DNA of 64,000 nucleotides from Acidobacteriota bacterium (lineage in GTDB: Bacteria > Acidobacteriota > Thermoanaerobaculia > Multivoradales > UBA5704): assembly GCA_040005235.1 (NCBI GenBank), contig JBDTZG010000006.1, positions 89,496-153,495 of the forward strand. Direction: 5' to 3'. Under the pieces are notes generated by a model, which did not search any database, was not told the origin of the DNA, and worked only from the letters and a program-made list of their open reading frames with translations. The stretch's first letter is position 1, and each line of letters starts with the position of its first letter. Below are positions 9,041 to 19,128 of the stretch, piece by piece. Made by a program: the position numbers and the translations under genes.

Positions 9041-10119
9041 GCGAAGACACCGATCCACCGCAGGCCGCGCCGCCGACCCCTCCAATCCTCTGGGCCGAAC
9101 GCGATCCCGACGAAGGGACGCGGCGGCTGGCGCTCGGCTTTCTCGACCAAGCGGCGGCGGCCAAGGATCGGATTTGCGATCCGGACGACGCCGAAGCCCT
9201 GCACGACTTTCGCGTCGGTTTGCGCCGGTTGCGCAGCACGCTCGGCACCTATCGAGATCTCCTCGGAAAGAGCGTCGGCAAGAAGCTCGCGAAACGGCTC
9301 AAGGCGTTGGCGGATTCGACCGGCGAGGGGCGCGATGCGGAGGTGGCGCTCGCCTGGATCGACGAGGTTGGGCAGGCCGACCCTCCCCCTGTCCCTTCCG
9401 CCAAGCCGGGGCACCGGTGGCTCCGTTCGCGACTCGCCGCGGTGCGCGAACGCGCCTACGCCGAGATCGCCCAGAGGATCGTAGAGGGATTCGAGCCGCT
9501 CGCCGAGCGCCTGCACGAGCGGTTGTCGGTGTATCGCGCGGAAGTTCGGCTCGATGGGTCGAGTGCGCCGCGCCGATTCGGCGAGGTGGCCGCCGCCGAG
9601 CTTGAGCGTTTGGGACAACGGATCGAAAAAGATCTGGCCGCGATCGACTCGGCCGAAGACGAGGAAAACTCTCATCGAGCCCGGATCACCGCGAAGCGGA
9701 TGCGCTACCTCCTCGAGCCGTTCGCCGCGGAAAGCCCGGAGGCGCGCGCCGCGGCGAAGAGGCTGAAGCAGCTCCAGGAGCTACTCGGGGAGCTGCACGA
9801 CGCCCACGTCCTGGAGCGGACACTCGCCGAAGCCACGGCGGAAGCCGGAGCGGAACGCGCGCGGCGGCTGTTCGATCTGGCTCTCTCGGAGGCGACCCCG
9901 GCCGATCTTGCCGCCGCTCGCCGCCGTCCGCTCGAAAGCGGGCTGTTCGATCTCGGACGAAGAAACCGCGGGCGGCGCGACGCGCTGTTCGCGCGGCTGG
10001 CGATGGGCTGGCTCGCCAGGTCCGAACGCTCCGGAACGCCGAAAGATCTCGCGGGTCTCGCGCGGGATCTGGTCCGGGCGGCCGAAGCGCTCGCGACGGT
10101 TTCGAATCAATCCGGGTAG
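9037..10119 (+). CDS. CHAD domain-containing protein
   Basis: ATGA overlap with the sixA stop. Repeated CHAD helices LHDFRVGLRRLRSTL and HRARITAKRMRYLLEPF. Confidence 0.8.
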   Translation: MSEDTDPPQAAPPTPPILWAERDPDEGTRRLALGFLDQAAAAKDRICDPDDAEALHDFRVGLRRLRSTLGTYRDLLGKSVGKKLAKRLKALADSTGEGRDAEVALAWIDEVGQADPPPVPSAKPGHRWLRSRLAAVRERAYAEIAQRIVEGFEPLAERLHERLSVYRAEVRLDGSSAPRRFGEVAAAELERLGQRIEKDLAAIDSAEDEENSHRARITAKRMRYLLEPFAAESPEARAAAKRLKQLQELLGELHDAHVLERTLAEATAEAGAERARRLFDLALSEATPADLAAARRRPLESGLFDLGRRNRGRRDALFARLAMGWLARSERSGTPKDLAGLARDLVRAAEALATVSNQSG

Positions 10120-10523
10120 ACGAACGTCACGGTCTTATCCACCTCGGGCAGCAGAGTCCGGTGGACCGGACAGTGATGCGCGGCGCGTTCGAGCTTTGTC
10201 CTCTGATCGGTGTTGAGGCCCGCGGGCATGCGGATCTCGACCGGGATCGCGCCGATCCGCCGCGGATCGTTCGCCATGTGCTTTTCGATCCGGAAGGTGA
10301 ATTCCTCCGCCGCGATGCCGTCGCGCTCGGCGACGATCGCCATCGTGGTCACCATGCATGAGCCGAGCGCGGCGGCCACCAGATCGGTGGGCGAAAACGA
10401 GCTGCCGTCTCCCTTGTTGTCGACCGGGGCGGCGGTGCGAAGGACCGCGCCCGAGGGGCCGTGGACCATCTCCGTCTTCAAATTGCTCAGGTATTTTCCC
10501 GTGATCTCGACGGCCATCTTCAA
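10107..10523 (-). CDS. OsmC/Ohr-family protein
   Basis: 138 aa with both conserved Cys contexts: SPTDLVAAALGSCMVTTM and AAHHCPVHRTL. Confidence 0.85.
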   Translation of the reverse strand: MKMAVEITGKYLSNLKTEMVHGPSGAVLRTAAPVDNKGDGSSFSPTDLVAAALGSCMVTTMAIVAERDGIAAEEFTFRIEKHMANDPRRIGAIPVEIRMPAGLNTDQRTKLERAAHHCPVHRTLLPEVDKTVTFVYPD

Positions 10524-10541
10524 ATCTCCTTGGAATCGTTG

Positions 10542-11360
10542 TCAATCCAGCTCGGTGAAGAACGAAAGGTAGTCGTCGATCACCCGGTCGATCGAGGTCT
10601 GCTCGCGCACCCGGCGCATCGTTTCCAGGCCTGCCAGCCACTCGGGTCCGCCGAACGTGGCGCGCGCCTTTTCGATCCCGGCAAGCACGTCCGCCTCGCC
10701 GGACGAAGCCACATAGTAAGGATAGTCCGGGCCGAGCATCTCGATCGCGCTCTCGTCGCGCGTGGTGATCAAATTCGCCGCACAGGCCGCCGCGGTCGAT
10801 ACCTTGCAATTCGGTTTGTAGAGGAGCTCGGGACCCGGCTCGCGCACGGAAAGGTGGCAGTTGTAATCGAGCGCGCGACGGAAGTAATCGTCGTCGAAGC
10901 AGTCGATTCCCGGCAACCGGCCCCAGAGCCGGAGCGATCGGGCGAGCCCGACGTAGGCGATCCGCAGCGACGCCCCCTCCAGCCGGTTCGGCTCGTAGCG
11001 CGGATCCCACTGGTGGTGGATGATTCGATTCTTCTGCCCCGGCCGGCCGAAATCCTCGATCTGCCGGCGGTTCTTCCAGATCATGCCGTCGAAGAGAAAC
11101 CGGTTCTTGATCCGTCGTTTGAACACCACCGTGTCCTGCACGTCGAGCACCGTCCGGTTGCCGTTCCGCTTCGCCCGCAGAAGGTGCCACCAACGCGAAG
11201 TCTTGATGAACACCAGGATCGCATCGCGAACCGTTCGCACGTCGTCAGGGTACACCGACCACGCGTCGTGCCCGCGAGTCCGCAACGCCTCGGCGATCTG
11301 ATCGCCGGCCATGACGGTCGAACCCTTGTCGTAATACTTGACGAAGAAGACTTTGCGCAT
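10542..11360 (-). CDS. Hypothetical protein; a glycosyltransferase-like fold is possible but not recognised with confidence
   Basis: 272-aa ORF with compact spacing to its neighbours and coding-like composition. Confidence 0.5.
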   Translation of the reverse strand: MRKVFFVKYYDKGSTVMAGDQIAEALRTRGHDAWSVYPDDVRTVRDAILVFIKTSRWWHLLRAKRNGNRTVLDVQDTVVFKRRIKNRFLFDGMIWKNRRQIEDFGRPGQKNRIIHHQWDPRYEPNRLEGASLRIAYVGLARSLRLWGRLPGIDCFDDDYFRRALDYNCHLSVREPGPELLYKPNCKVSTAAACAANLITTRDESAIEMLGPDYPYYVASSGEADVLAGIEKARATFGGPEWLAGLETMRRVREQTSIDRVIDDYLSFFTELD

Positions 11361-11372
11361 GGGGGGCGGGCG

Positions 11373-11765
11373 TTACGCTCCGAACATCGCGGGCGACAGG
11401 CCGATGTCCACGATGCTGCAACCGGGGCGGATGGGAATCCCCAGGCTGCGGGCTTCTTCGAGTACCTTCGAATCGTAGGCGCCGGGATTGAGCCAGACTT
11501 CGCCGGCTTTGGCGGCTTCGATCTCGGAGAGGTAGTCGAGCGTCACCGGCGGCGGCAGGTAGACGCTGATGCGATCGAGCGCTTCGGGGACGTCGGCGAG
11601 CTTCGTGAACGCGGGAAAGCCTTCGATTTCTTTTTCGGTCGGGTTGATCGGAAAGACCTGATAACCCGCGTGGGCGTAGGCCCGAACGCATTTGTTACCG
11701 AACTTGTTGCGGTTCGACGAGGCTCCGAGCACGGCGATGGTCGGCATGTGGATGTTCCTCCTCAA
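11373..11765 (-). CDS. CoA-binding domain protein (YccU/YneT-like)
   Basis: IAVLGASSNRNKFGNKCVRAYAHAGYQVFPINP Rossmann-type CoA-binding motif. Confidence 0.8.
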   Translation of the reverse strand: MRRNIHMPTIAVLGASSNRNKFGNKCVRAYAHAGYQVFPINPTEKEIEGFPAFTKLADVPEALDRISVYLPPPVTLDYLSEIEAAKAGEVWLNPGAYDSKVLEEARSLGIPIRPGCSIVDIGLSPAMFGA

Positions 11766-11785
11766 GATCTAGAACGCGTGGGAGC

Positions 11786-13756
11786 TCACGCGCCTTCCGG
11801 GCGCACGACCATCCGGTCGTCGCCCATTCGGCGCGTGGCGCCCGTCGAGTCGAGATGTTCGAGCAGCGGGATCGCCCATTTGCGCGTTAGTCCGAAATGG
11901 TCCTTGAACTGGCCGACGTTGAAACGTGGCCAGCCGGTTGCGAACAGCCGGCGTTTCAGCTCGGCGACCGCGGAGGCGGCGAGGATCAGGCCGGAGGGGA
12001 GCTTGATCAGCTCACCCTTCGCCACCAGGTGGCGGATCACTCCGTCCACGATCTGGGGTTTGGCGGAGAGCGCCTGCCCTAGGTCGCCGGGCGAAGGGGG
12101 GGCGAGACCGCCGGCATCGAAGCGCGCGAGCACTTGAGTCGACAGGTCCGACTCCTCCGAGGTGAGCTGCGAGCCGCGGCCGGGGAGCGTCACCTGATCG
12201 CCTGAGACCTGAAGGATCTTCTGCTTGGCGAGCCAGTCGAGGTAGACATCCGCCAGCTCCGCGCCGCGACCGCGCACGATGCGGCGTACGGCATCCGCCT
12301 TGGGAATCGCGACCGCCAGCCGGTCGCGCTTGAAATGCTCGGCCAGCACCTTGGCGGCCCGCTCCGCCAGCCGCTGGTAGGTCGCGGGAGCGAGAAATCG
12401 CCGGCCGCGGCCGGGGCCGGGCGGCACGGCGAGGAGCTTGCCTTGGTTGGTCAGTCGGCGGAGATCCGCTTCGATCGCGATTGGGCGCACACCCAGCCTC
12501 CGCGCGAGGTCGTCGATCTCCGCGCCGCGCTCTCCCGACTCCAGCACCCAGAAGCCGAGCGCCGCAGACAGCTCGCCCGAGCTCCCGAGCGCAGCCAGTG
12601 CGGGGGTAAGGAGCCTTCCGCGATAGGGCCGCCAGGCAGGATCGAGGATCTCACCGCCGCCGAGCGTCGCGGCGGGCGAGGGACGCCGGACGACGAATCG
12701 ATCGCCGCGCCGGGCGACGACCGGCGCCGCGAGGCGGATCTCCGCCAGGCCGCGCTCGCCGGGGGCCAGCTCTGCCGGATCGAGCGGACGGAGGCGGCCG
12801 TAGACCTCGCTCGCGAACAGGTGCAGTCGGATCGGCACGAAGCCCGAAAGGGAAGCGGGTGCATCGGGCAGCAGCTCGAAACGGACCAGCAGCCGCGCAC
12901 TCACGGCGAAGGTTCCCGGTTCGACGAGCGTCAACCCACGCGACATCGCTTCGAGCGGCAGTCCGGCGATCTGGAGCGAGGTCCGCTCACCCGCTTCCGC
13001 CAGCTCGCGCGGCTCGCCGTGGACCTGAATGCTCCTCACCCGCACCCGCTCGCCGCCGGGTAGAACCTCCAGCGTGTCGCCGGTCCGGATCGCGCCGCTC
13101 GCGAGTGTGCCGGTGACGATCACCCCGAGGCCCTTGAGGTGGAACGCCCGATCGATCGGCAATCGAGTGGGCAGGCGGGGAAGGAGCGCCGCTTCGGCCG
13201 GCGTCGTTGCCTCGACCGCCGCATCCAGCATCGAAGGCTCGTACTCGGCACGATCGGCGAGCGCCAGGATCGCCGCCTCCAGCTCAAGGATTCCTTCACT
13301 TGTTGTGCTCGACACCGGCAGGATTGGCGACCCGGCAAATGGAGTCGCGGCAAGCAGCTCTTCGACTTCAAGCTGCGCCAGCTCGCGGAGGTCTTCGGTC
13401 ACCAGATCGATCTTGGTGAGCGCGACCAGTCCGTAGGGGATGCCGAGCAGCGAGCAGACGGCCAAATGCTCGCGGGTCTGGGGCTTCACCCCTTCGTCGG
13501 CCGCCACCACCAGCAGCATTGCGCGGATGCCCCCGAGCCCGGCGAGCGCGTTGTGCAGAAACCGCTCGTGGCCGGGGACGTCGACGAAACCGATCTGCAG
13601 ATCGCCGCGGGAGAGGTGGGCGAAGCCGAGATCGATCGTGATTCCCCGGGCTTTCTCCTCCGCCCAGCGATCGCAATCGATGCCGGTGAGCGCCCGGACG
13701 AGCGAGGTCTTGCCGTGGTCGATATGCCCGGCGGTGCCGATCACGAATCTGCGCAT
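11786..13756 (-). CDS. selB: Selenocysteine-specific translation elongation factor SelB
   Basis: [27 protein letters not shown] and LTKIDL GTPase motifs, plus a long winged-helix C-terminal extension (656 aa total). The start overlaps the yqeY stop (TGATG). Confidence 0.92.
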   Translation of the reverse strand: MRRFVIGTAGHIDHGKTSLVRALTGIDCDRWAEEKARGITIDLGFAHLSRGDLQIGFVDVPGHERFLHNALAGLGGIRAMLLVVAADEGVKPQTREHLAVCSLLGIPYGLVALTKIDLVTEDLRELAQLEVEELLAATPFAGSPILPVSSTTSEGILELEAAILALADRAEYEPSMLDAAVEATTPAEAALLPRLPTRLPIDRAFHLKGLGVIVTGTLASGAIRTGDTLEVLPGGERVRVRSIQVHGEPRELAEAGERTSLQIAGLPLEAMSRGLTLVEPGTFAVSARLLVRFELLPDAPASLSGFVPIRLHLFASEVYGRLRPLDPAELAPGERGLAEIRLAAPVVARRGDRFVVRRPSPAATLGGGEILDPAWRPYRGRLLTPALAALGSSGELSAALGFWVLESGERGAEIDDLARRLGVRPIAIEADLRRLTNQGKLLAVPPGPGRGRRFLAPATYQRLAERAAKVLAEHFKRDRLAVAIPKADAVRRIVRGRGAELADVYLDWLAKQKILQVSGDQVTLPGRGSQLTSEESDLSTQVLARFDAGGLAPPSPGDLGQALSAKPQIVDGVIRHLVAKGELIKLPSGLILAASAVAELKRRLFATGWPRFNVGQFKDHFGLTRKWAIPLLEHLDSTGATRRMGDDRMVVRPEGA

Positions 13757-14211
13757 CAGCGGGACTGGAGGATCTCTTTGCTGATCCGCGAGAGCGTCGC
13801 CCCGTCCGCGCCTGCGCCGAACTTCTCGCGCAGCGCCTTCATCAGCACCCCCATGCCCGCTCCGGGAGCCAGGCCCTGGGCCGCCGCGATCTCCTCGGCC
13901 GCGGCGCGGATCGTCGCCTCGTCCACCTGGGCCGGAAGGTAGGAGGAGAGGATCTCCTTCTCGCGCAGCTCCTTGGCTGCCAGCTCAGGGCGGTCGCCTT
14001 TGGTGAATTGCTCCGCCGCCTCGTCGCGCTGCTTGATCGCCCGGCGGACCAAGACGACGAATCCGGCCTCATCCACCTCGCCGCTCTTGATCGCCTCGTT
14101 GTTCAACTCCGTGAGCAGCATGCGGAGCGTCGACAACCGCTCTTTCTCGCCCGCCTTCATCGCGGTTCGCAGATCGATTTCCAGCCGGTGTTGCGGAGTC
14201 TCGGTAGCCAT
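13756..14211 (-). CDS. GatB/YqeY domain protein
   Basis: 151 aa starting at the ATG at 14211 ([33 protein letters not shown]...). The rest of listed ORF 13756..15357 is an Arg/Pro-rich out-of-frame extension across pdxA. Confidence 0.85.
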   Translation of the reverse strand: MATETPQHRLEIDLRTAMKAGEKERLSTLRMLLTELNNEAIKSGEVDEAGFVVLVRRAIKQRDEAAEQFTKGDRPELAAKELREKEILSSYLPAQVDEATIRAAAEEIAAAQGLAPGAGMGVLMKALREKFGAGADGATLSRISKEILQSR

Positions 14212-14264
14212 GCCGGGATTATCCCGGATTTCGGTCTCGGGTGCCTGGAAGGAAGGGCTGCGCC

Positions 14265-15314
14265 CTACGCGGATGGGGTGAGAGATTTCCGCGGCAGCCT
14301 GCCCGCGATCAGCTCCAGCGTCGTCTCGACCACCTTCTCCAGCGGCCCGGCGTCGGCTTTGCCTTGACCGGCGATGCCGAAGGCGGTGCCGTGGTCGACG
14401 GAGGTACGCAAAAACGGCAGGCCGAGCGTCCAGTTGGTGGCGAGACCGAAGCAGGCGGTCTTGACTGCGATCAGCCCCTGGTCGTGGTACAGCGCGAGCA
14501 CCCAGTCGAACTCGCCCTGACGGGCGCGGGCGAACAGCGAATCCGCGCTCTCGGGACCCTGGACGTCGAGGCCCTGGTTCCGCGCCTGAGCGACGGTCGG
14601 CGCGAGCAGCGCTTCGTCCTCGGCGCCGAGCAGGCCCCCTTCGCCCGCGTGGGGATTCATCCCGGCGAGCGCGATTTTTCCTCCGGCGTGGCGGTTCAGG
14701 CATTGGAGCGCCTGGAGAATGGCCTCGGGCGTCACCGCGTCGAGCGCTTCGCGCAACGGCATGTGGACCGTGAGCAATGCGACCTGGAGATCGGGCGCCA
14801 AGAACGCCATCAAGTAGTCGCGGCCGTAATGTTCGAGACCGCAGACTTCGGCCAGATAGTCGGTATGGCCGACGAAATCGGCGCGGTGGTATTTCGCGAT
14901 CGAGCTCTTGGCAATCGGCGCGGTGACCAGCGCATCGGCGACCCCGGTGCGGGTGAGCTCGATTCCGCAATCCAGCGCCGCCATCGCCCCTGCGGCGTCG
15001 TGGGCGCCGGAATGGCCGAACGAAATGGGCCGATTCGGTTCGCCGATCGGGTCGAGCACGGCGATCGAACCGTTCGGGTCGGCGAATGCCGCGAGATCCT
15101 CCCGTTTGGACAGGGAGCCGAGATAGGTCAGCCGCTCCCAGGGGGCATCGGCCAGGACGGGACGGAGCGCTTCGAGCGCCGCGCGCTCCGCCACCAGCAG
15201 CGGCTGCCAGGCCTCCGAGCCCGCGCCCGAAAGGAGCTTCAGGAGGATTTCGGGGCCGATACCCGCGGGATCGCCCTGGGTGAGGGCGAGGATGGGGCGC
15301 GCAAGCTTGCTCAC
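14265..15314 (-). CDS. pdxA: 4-hydroxythreonine-4-phosphate dehydrogenase PdxA
   Basis: LTQGDPAGIGPEI, GHTDYLA and SVDHGTAFGIAG motifs. GTG start at 15314 forms a GTGA overlap with the upstream gene's stop. Confidence 0.9.
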   Translation of the reverse strand: MSKLARPILALTQGDPAGIGPEILLKLLSGAGSEAWQPLLVAERAALEALRPVLADAPWERLTYLGSLSKREDLAAFADPNGSIAVLDPIGEPNRPISFGHSGAHDAAGAMAALDCGIELTRTGVADALVTAPIAKSSIAKYHRADFVGHTDYLAEVCGLEHYGRDYLMAFLAPDLQVALLTVHMPLREALDAVTPEAILQALQCLNRHAGGKIALAGMNPHAGEGGLLGAEDEALLAPTVAQARNQGLDVQGPESADSLFARARQGEFDWVLALYHDQGLIAVKTACFGLATNWTLGLPFLRTSVDHGTAFGIAGQGKADAGPLEKVVETTLELIAGRLPRKSLTPSA

Positions 15315-15682
15315 TCCGCGGGAACCCGGGAGACCGCGGCCCGCTTGCGGGTCCCACGTTGCTGCTCTCGCAGCTCCTCTTCCTTGAACAGGTAGCGGAT
15401 GTGGTGCTTCTGGATCAGGAGGTTCGGTCCCTGGTGGCGGTTCAACTTGATCGCCCCCTTGTCGTACCACTCGATCCAACCGCGCAGCTCCTCGTCGTTG
15501 TCGAGGATGACCACGATCGGCGTCTTTGCCGCCATCTGCTTCAGGTAATAGAACTCCTCGGCGTTGGTCTGCTCCGGGGGGCTCTGCTTACGGCGCAGGC
15601 TGCGCGCGGGTGTGTCTTTCTTGATGTCGTTCATGTCGGGACGAATCAGTTTTCGAATAGCCATAGGGGAGTGGAGGCTCAC
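15311..15682 (-). CDS. Sm-like / Hfq-fold RNA-binding protein (putative)
   Basis: The core TPIVVILDNDEELRGWIEWYDKGAIKLNRHQGPNLLIQKHHIRYLFK follows the Sm1-Sm2 pattern (PV.V.L.NG..L.G.I..FD...I.L.......L.YKHAI). The start is uncertain (15682 or the ATG at 15664). Confidence 0.5.
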   Translation of the reverse strand: MSLHSPMAIRKLIRPDMNDIKKDTPARSLRRKQSPPEQTNAEEFYYLKQMAAKTPIVVILDNDEELRGWIEWYDKGAIKLNRHQGPNLLIQKHHIRYLFKEEELREQQRGTRKRAAVSRVPAE

Positions 15683-15694
15683 GGCTGAAGGTGA

Positions 15695-16441
15695 TCAGGC
15701 ACCGGTGTCGTCGTAGTTCGGCACCGTAGGGGAGCGGCGTTCCGGATTCTGCGTCTTGTACTGGTCGTCCTCGTAGGCCAGGCAACAAAGCAGGCGTCCG
15801 CATTGGCCGGAGATCTTCGACGGGTTGAGCGAGAGGTTCTGCCGCTTCGCCATCTGGATCGAAATCGGACGGAAATCCTTGAGCCAGGTGGAGCAACATA
15901 GCGTCCGGCCGCACACGCCGATGCCGCCCAACAGGGCCGCCTCGTCGCGCGCGCCGACCTGGATCATCTTCACTTTGACCGAGAAGCGCGCGGACAAGTC
16001 GCGCACCAGCTGGCGGAAGTCGATCCGCCCTTCGGAGGTGAAATAGAAAGTCGCTTTCTTGCCCGACAGCGCGAAATCGACGCGCGAGATCTTGAGGTCG
16101 AGCTTGAGCGCGCGCGAGCGCTCCTGGGCGAAATGCTTGCCTTCGATCTGGCTCGCCTCCTGCCGCTCGAAGGCGGCGAAATCGTCCTCGTCGGCGGGGC
16201 GTAGTATCGGGCGCGCGGATGATTTCTGGCACGGCTTGAACACCGGCATCGGCGACTGTTCGACGTGACCGAACGCGGGACCGGATTCGAGATCGACGAC
16301 CACCCGCTCGCCGCGGGCGAAGATACGGCCGGCGGTGCCGCAGAGGGTGAGGTTTGTTTCATCGCGGAAGCGGACGCCGACGAAACTGTCTTCGACCGCC
16401 GTGGACATGCCTTTGAACGAGCAACCGGAACAACCGCTCAT
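15695..16441 (-). CDS. PSP1 domain protein (YaaT/RicT-like)
   Basis: Cys clusters CGRTLCCSTWL and GQCGRLLCCLAYE, typical of the PSP1 C-terminal domain. Confidence 0.85.
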   Translation of the reverse strand: MSGCSGCSFKGMSTAVEDSFVGVRFRDETNLTLCGTAGRIFARGERVVVDLESGPAFGHVEQSPMPVFKPCQKSSARPILRPADEDDFAAFERQEASQIEGKHFAQERSRALKLDLKISRVDFALSGKKATFYFTSEGRIDFRQLVRDLSARFSVKVKMIQVGARDEAALLGGIGVCGRTLCCSTWLKDFRPISIQMAKRQNLSLNPSKISGQCGRLLCCLAYEDDQYKTQNPERRSPTVPNYDDTGA

Positions 16442-16633
16442 GGAAGGTCCGCCTTCGAAACTATCTCGCTCGGCATCATCGCCCGGCGAGCGTTGCAGGA
16501 TGGATACCAGGCGGTTGCCGGGGGGCAGGCCGCACGGGTACCGCCAATTTGACCTCTACTGTATCCCCTCGGTGCGGGCGGACACCTTCCAAGGAGCGTT
16601 TCCGGCTTCGAGTAAGTCAGCGCTAAGAAACTA

Positions 16634-17944
16634 TCACGAGCCCTCGAACCGCACTCCGGAGAGCACCCGCCGGCCGATGTCGCGGCGAAACACCTTGCCC
16701 GGCCAATCGATCGCCGGCACCGCGGCGTAGGCCCGGCCGAGCGCCTCGGAAAGATCGTCCCCGGTCGCGCAGACGTTGAGCACTCGGCCCCCTGCGCTGA
16801 CCAGGACGGGGCCGGCCTTCGTATCCACGCCTTGCCGGGTGGCGGTCCCGGCGTGGAAGATCCGCACTCCGGGGAGCGCCGCCGCCTGGTCGAGGGCGCG
16901 GATCGGCTCGCCGGTCGTCGGCCGGTCCGGATAGCCGGGGCTCGCGAGGACGATCGCCGCGGCCGACTCAGGGCGAAACGTCAACTGCTCCTGCTCGAAT
17001 TTGCCCGCGGCTCCCGCGGCGAGCACCGGGAGGAGGTCGTCTTCGAGGCGCATCATCAACACCTGCGCCTCGGGGTCGCCGAAGCGGGCGTTGAATTCGA
17101 GCACCTGCGGCCCTTCCGGCGTGATCATCAGTCCGGCGTAGACGACGCCTACGAACCGCCGCCCTTCGGCGGCCATCCCCGCCACGGTGGGCTTGAGCAC
17201 CCGTTCGACCACCTCGGCCGCCTGCTCAGGAGAAAGCGCTCCCGACGGGCTGTGGCAGCCCATGCCGCCTGTGTTCGGGCCGGAGTCGCCGTCGCCGATC
17301 CGCTTGTAGTCCTTCGCGGTCGCCAGGGGCAACACCCGTTTGCCGTCCGACAGACCCATGAACGAGACCTCTTCGCCGGGCAGATACTCCTCGATCACCA
17401 CCCGGTCGCCAGCGTCGCCGAACCGGCGCTCAGCGAAGATCGCCCCAATCGCGGCCTCGAATTCCACCACGTCGGAGGGGAGGAACACCCCTTTTCCCGC
17501 GGCGAGACCGTCCGCCTTGACGACGACCGGGAAACCTAACGTCGCTTGAGCCGCGCGCGCCTCGTCCGCGCTCTCGGCGAGCGCGAAGCGGGCGGTCGGA
17601 ATGCCGTGGCGCGCCATGAACAGCTTGGCGAACACCTTCGAGCCTTCGAGCTCGGCGGCCGCCCGGCTCGGCCCGAACACGGCAAGTCCCCGGGCGGCCA
17701 GCTCGTCGGCGAGGCCGAGGGCGAGCGGCACTTCCGGACCGACCACCGTGAGATCGATCTTTTGCTCGGCGGCGAAATCGGCGAGGCGGGAGATCTGCTC
17801 GACCGCGATCGGCACAAGCTCCGCAATCTCGCCGATCCCGGGATTTCCCGGCGCGCCATAAAGCCGGGAAAGAAGCGGGCTCTGGGCCAATTTCCAACAG
17901 AGCGCGTGCTCGCGGCCGCCGCCGCCGACCACCAGAACCCTCAT
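16634..17944 (-). CDS. purD: Phosphoribosylamine-glycine ligase PurD
   Basis: [16 protein letters not shown]-terminus and ATP-grasp body, 436 aa. Confidence 0.92.
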   Translation of the reverse strand: MRVLVVGGGGREHALCWKLAQSPLLSRLYGAPGNPGIGEIAELVPIAVEQISRLADFAAEQKIDLTVVGPEVPLALGLADELAARGLAVFGPSRAAAELEGSKVFAKLFMARHGIPTARFALAESADEARAAQATLGFPVVVKADGLAAGKGVFLPSDVVEFEAAIGAIFAERRFGDAGDRVVIEEYLPGEEVSFMGLSDGKRVLPLATAKDYKRIGDGDSGPNTGGMGCHSPSGALSPEQAAEVVERVLKPTVAGMAAEGRRFVGVVYAGLMITPEGPQVLEFNARFGDPEAQVLMMRLEDDLLPVLAAGAAGKFEQEQLTFRPESAAAIVLASPGYPDRPTTGEPIRALDQAAALPGVRIFHAGTATRQGVDTKAGPVLVSAGGRVLNVCATGDDLSEALGRAYAAVPAIDWPGKVFRRDIGRRVLSGVRFEGS

Positions 17945-18936
17945 CGGTTCGATTCTCCGTTTCTTCCCGCCGCTTGCAGAGCGGTGACCGCCATGGCATC
18001 CACGATGTCTTCGACCGAGCAGCCGCGCGACAGGTCGTTGACCGGCCGGGCGAGCCCTTGCAGCAGCGGCCCGACTGCGCGGGCGCCCGCCAGCCGTTCG
18101 GTCAGCTTGTAGGCGATGTTGCCGGCATTGAGATCGGGGAAGATCAAAACGTTCGCCTGACCCGCAACCGAGCTGCCCGGCGCCTTCCGCTCCGCGATTT
18201 CGGGAACCAGCGCCGCGTCGGCCTGCAACTCGCCATCGAGCGCGAATTGAACCCCGCGCACGCGCAGGATGTCGAGCGCCCGCCTCACCTTCTCCACCCG
18301 AGGGTGGCTCGCGCTGCCGCGGGTCGAAAACGACAGCAGGGCGACTCGCGGCTCCTCGCCGAGTAGGACGCGGCAGCTGGTCGCCGCGGCTTCCGCGATA
18401 TCCGCCAACTGGTCGGGATCGGGATCAGGGACCACGCCGCAATCGCTGTAGATCAAAGATCGGCCGTCGGGCAGCGCCATCAAAAAGCAAGAGGAGACCG
18501 TCGCAAGGCCCGGTCGCGGGCCGATGGTGCGCAGCGCCGCCCGCAATGTCTCGGCCGTGGTCGCCCTGGCCCCCATCACCGCTCCGTCCGCCCGGCCGGA
18601 GAGGACCAGCAGATCGGCGAAATAGAGAGGGTCCAGAATGCGCTTGGCCGCCTCAGGAATCGCCCCGACGGTCAGTCCTCGCGCGGCCAGCCGCTCGGCG
18701 AGCAGCGCCTGCAACTCCGGCAGGTCGGGATGGCTTCCCGGATCGATCCGGGTGAGCGAGATCGCCGAGGTACCCAAGATCGACCCCGGCGGCACGATCA
18801 CGATCGGCCGACAGATCCCCAGCTCGATCGCCCGCACGGCCGCCGCGATCACTCGCGGGTCATCCCCCTCGGGCAGGACGATGGAAGCCTGAGCGGTCGT
18901 CGCTCGGGCGCGGATGGCTGAGAGAGGGTTGATCAC
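17941..18936 (-). CDS. pta: Phosphate acetyltransferase (short-form Pta)
   Basis: [19 protein letters not shown] and [17 protein letters not shown] motifs. ATGA overlap with the purD start. Confidence 0.88.
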   Translation of the reverse strand: MINPLSAIRARATTAQASIVLPEGDDPRVIAAAVRAIELGICRPIVIVPPGSILGTSAISLTRIDPGSHPDLPELQALLAERLAARGLTVGAIPEAAKRILDPLYFADLLVLSGRADGAVMGARATTAETLRAALRTIGPRPGLATVSSCFLMALPDGRSLIYSDCGVVPDPDPDQLADIAEAAATSCRVLLGEEPRVALLSFSTRGSASHPRVEKVRRALDILRVRGVQFALDGELQADAALVPEIAERKAPGSSVAGQANVLIFPDLNAGNIAYKLTERLAGARAVGPLLQGLARPVNDLSRGCSVEDIVDAMAVTALQAAGRNGESNR

Positions 18937-19128
18937 GGGAGAGCGGGCATTCCTGATTTCTAGTCTACCTAAGAAGCGTCAATCGTTGGCGAAGCGGCCC
19001 GGGAAATTTGACTATGGATCGAGTGCGTGAAGTGCTGGAAAGCGAGCCCAGAAGAAAGGACTTGAAGTACAATGGACCAATAGACGACCCTCCCGCTCGT
19101 CGATGAGAATTATACCGAAGGGAGTCCT

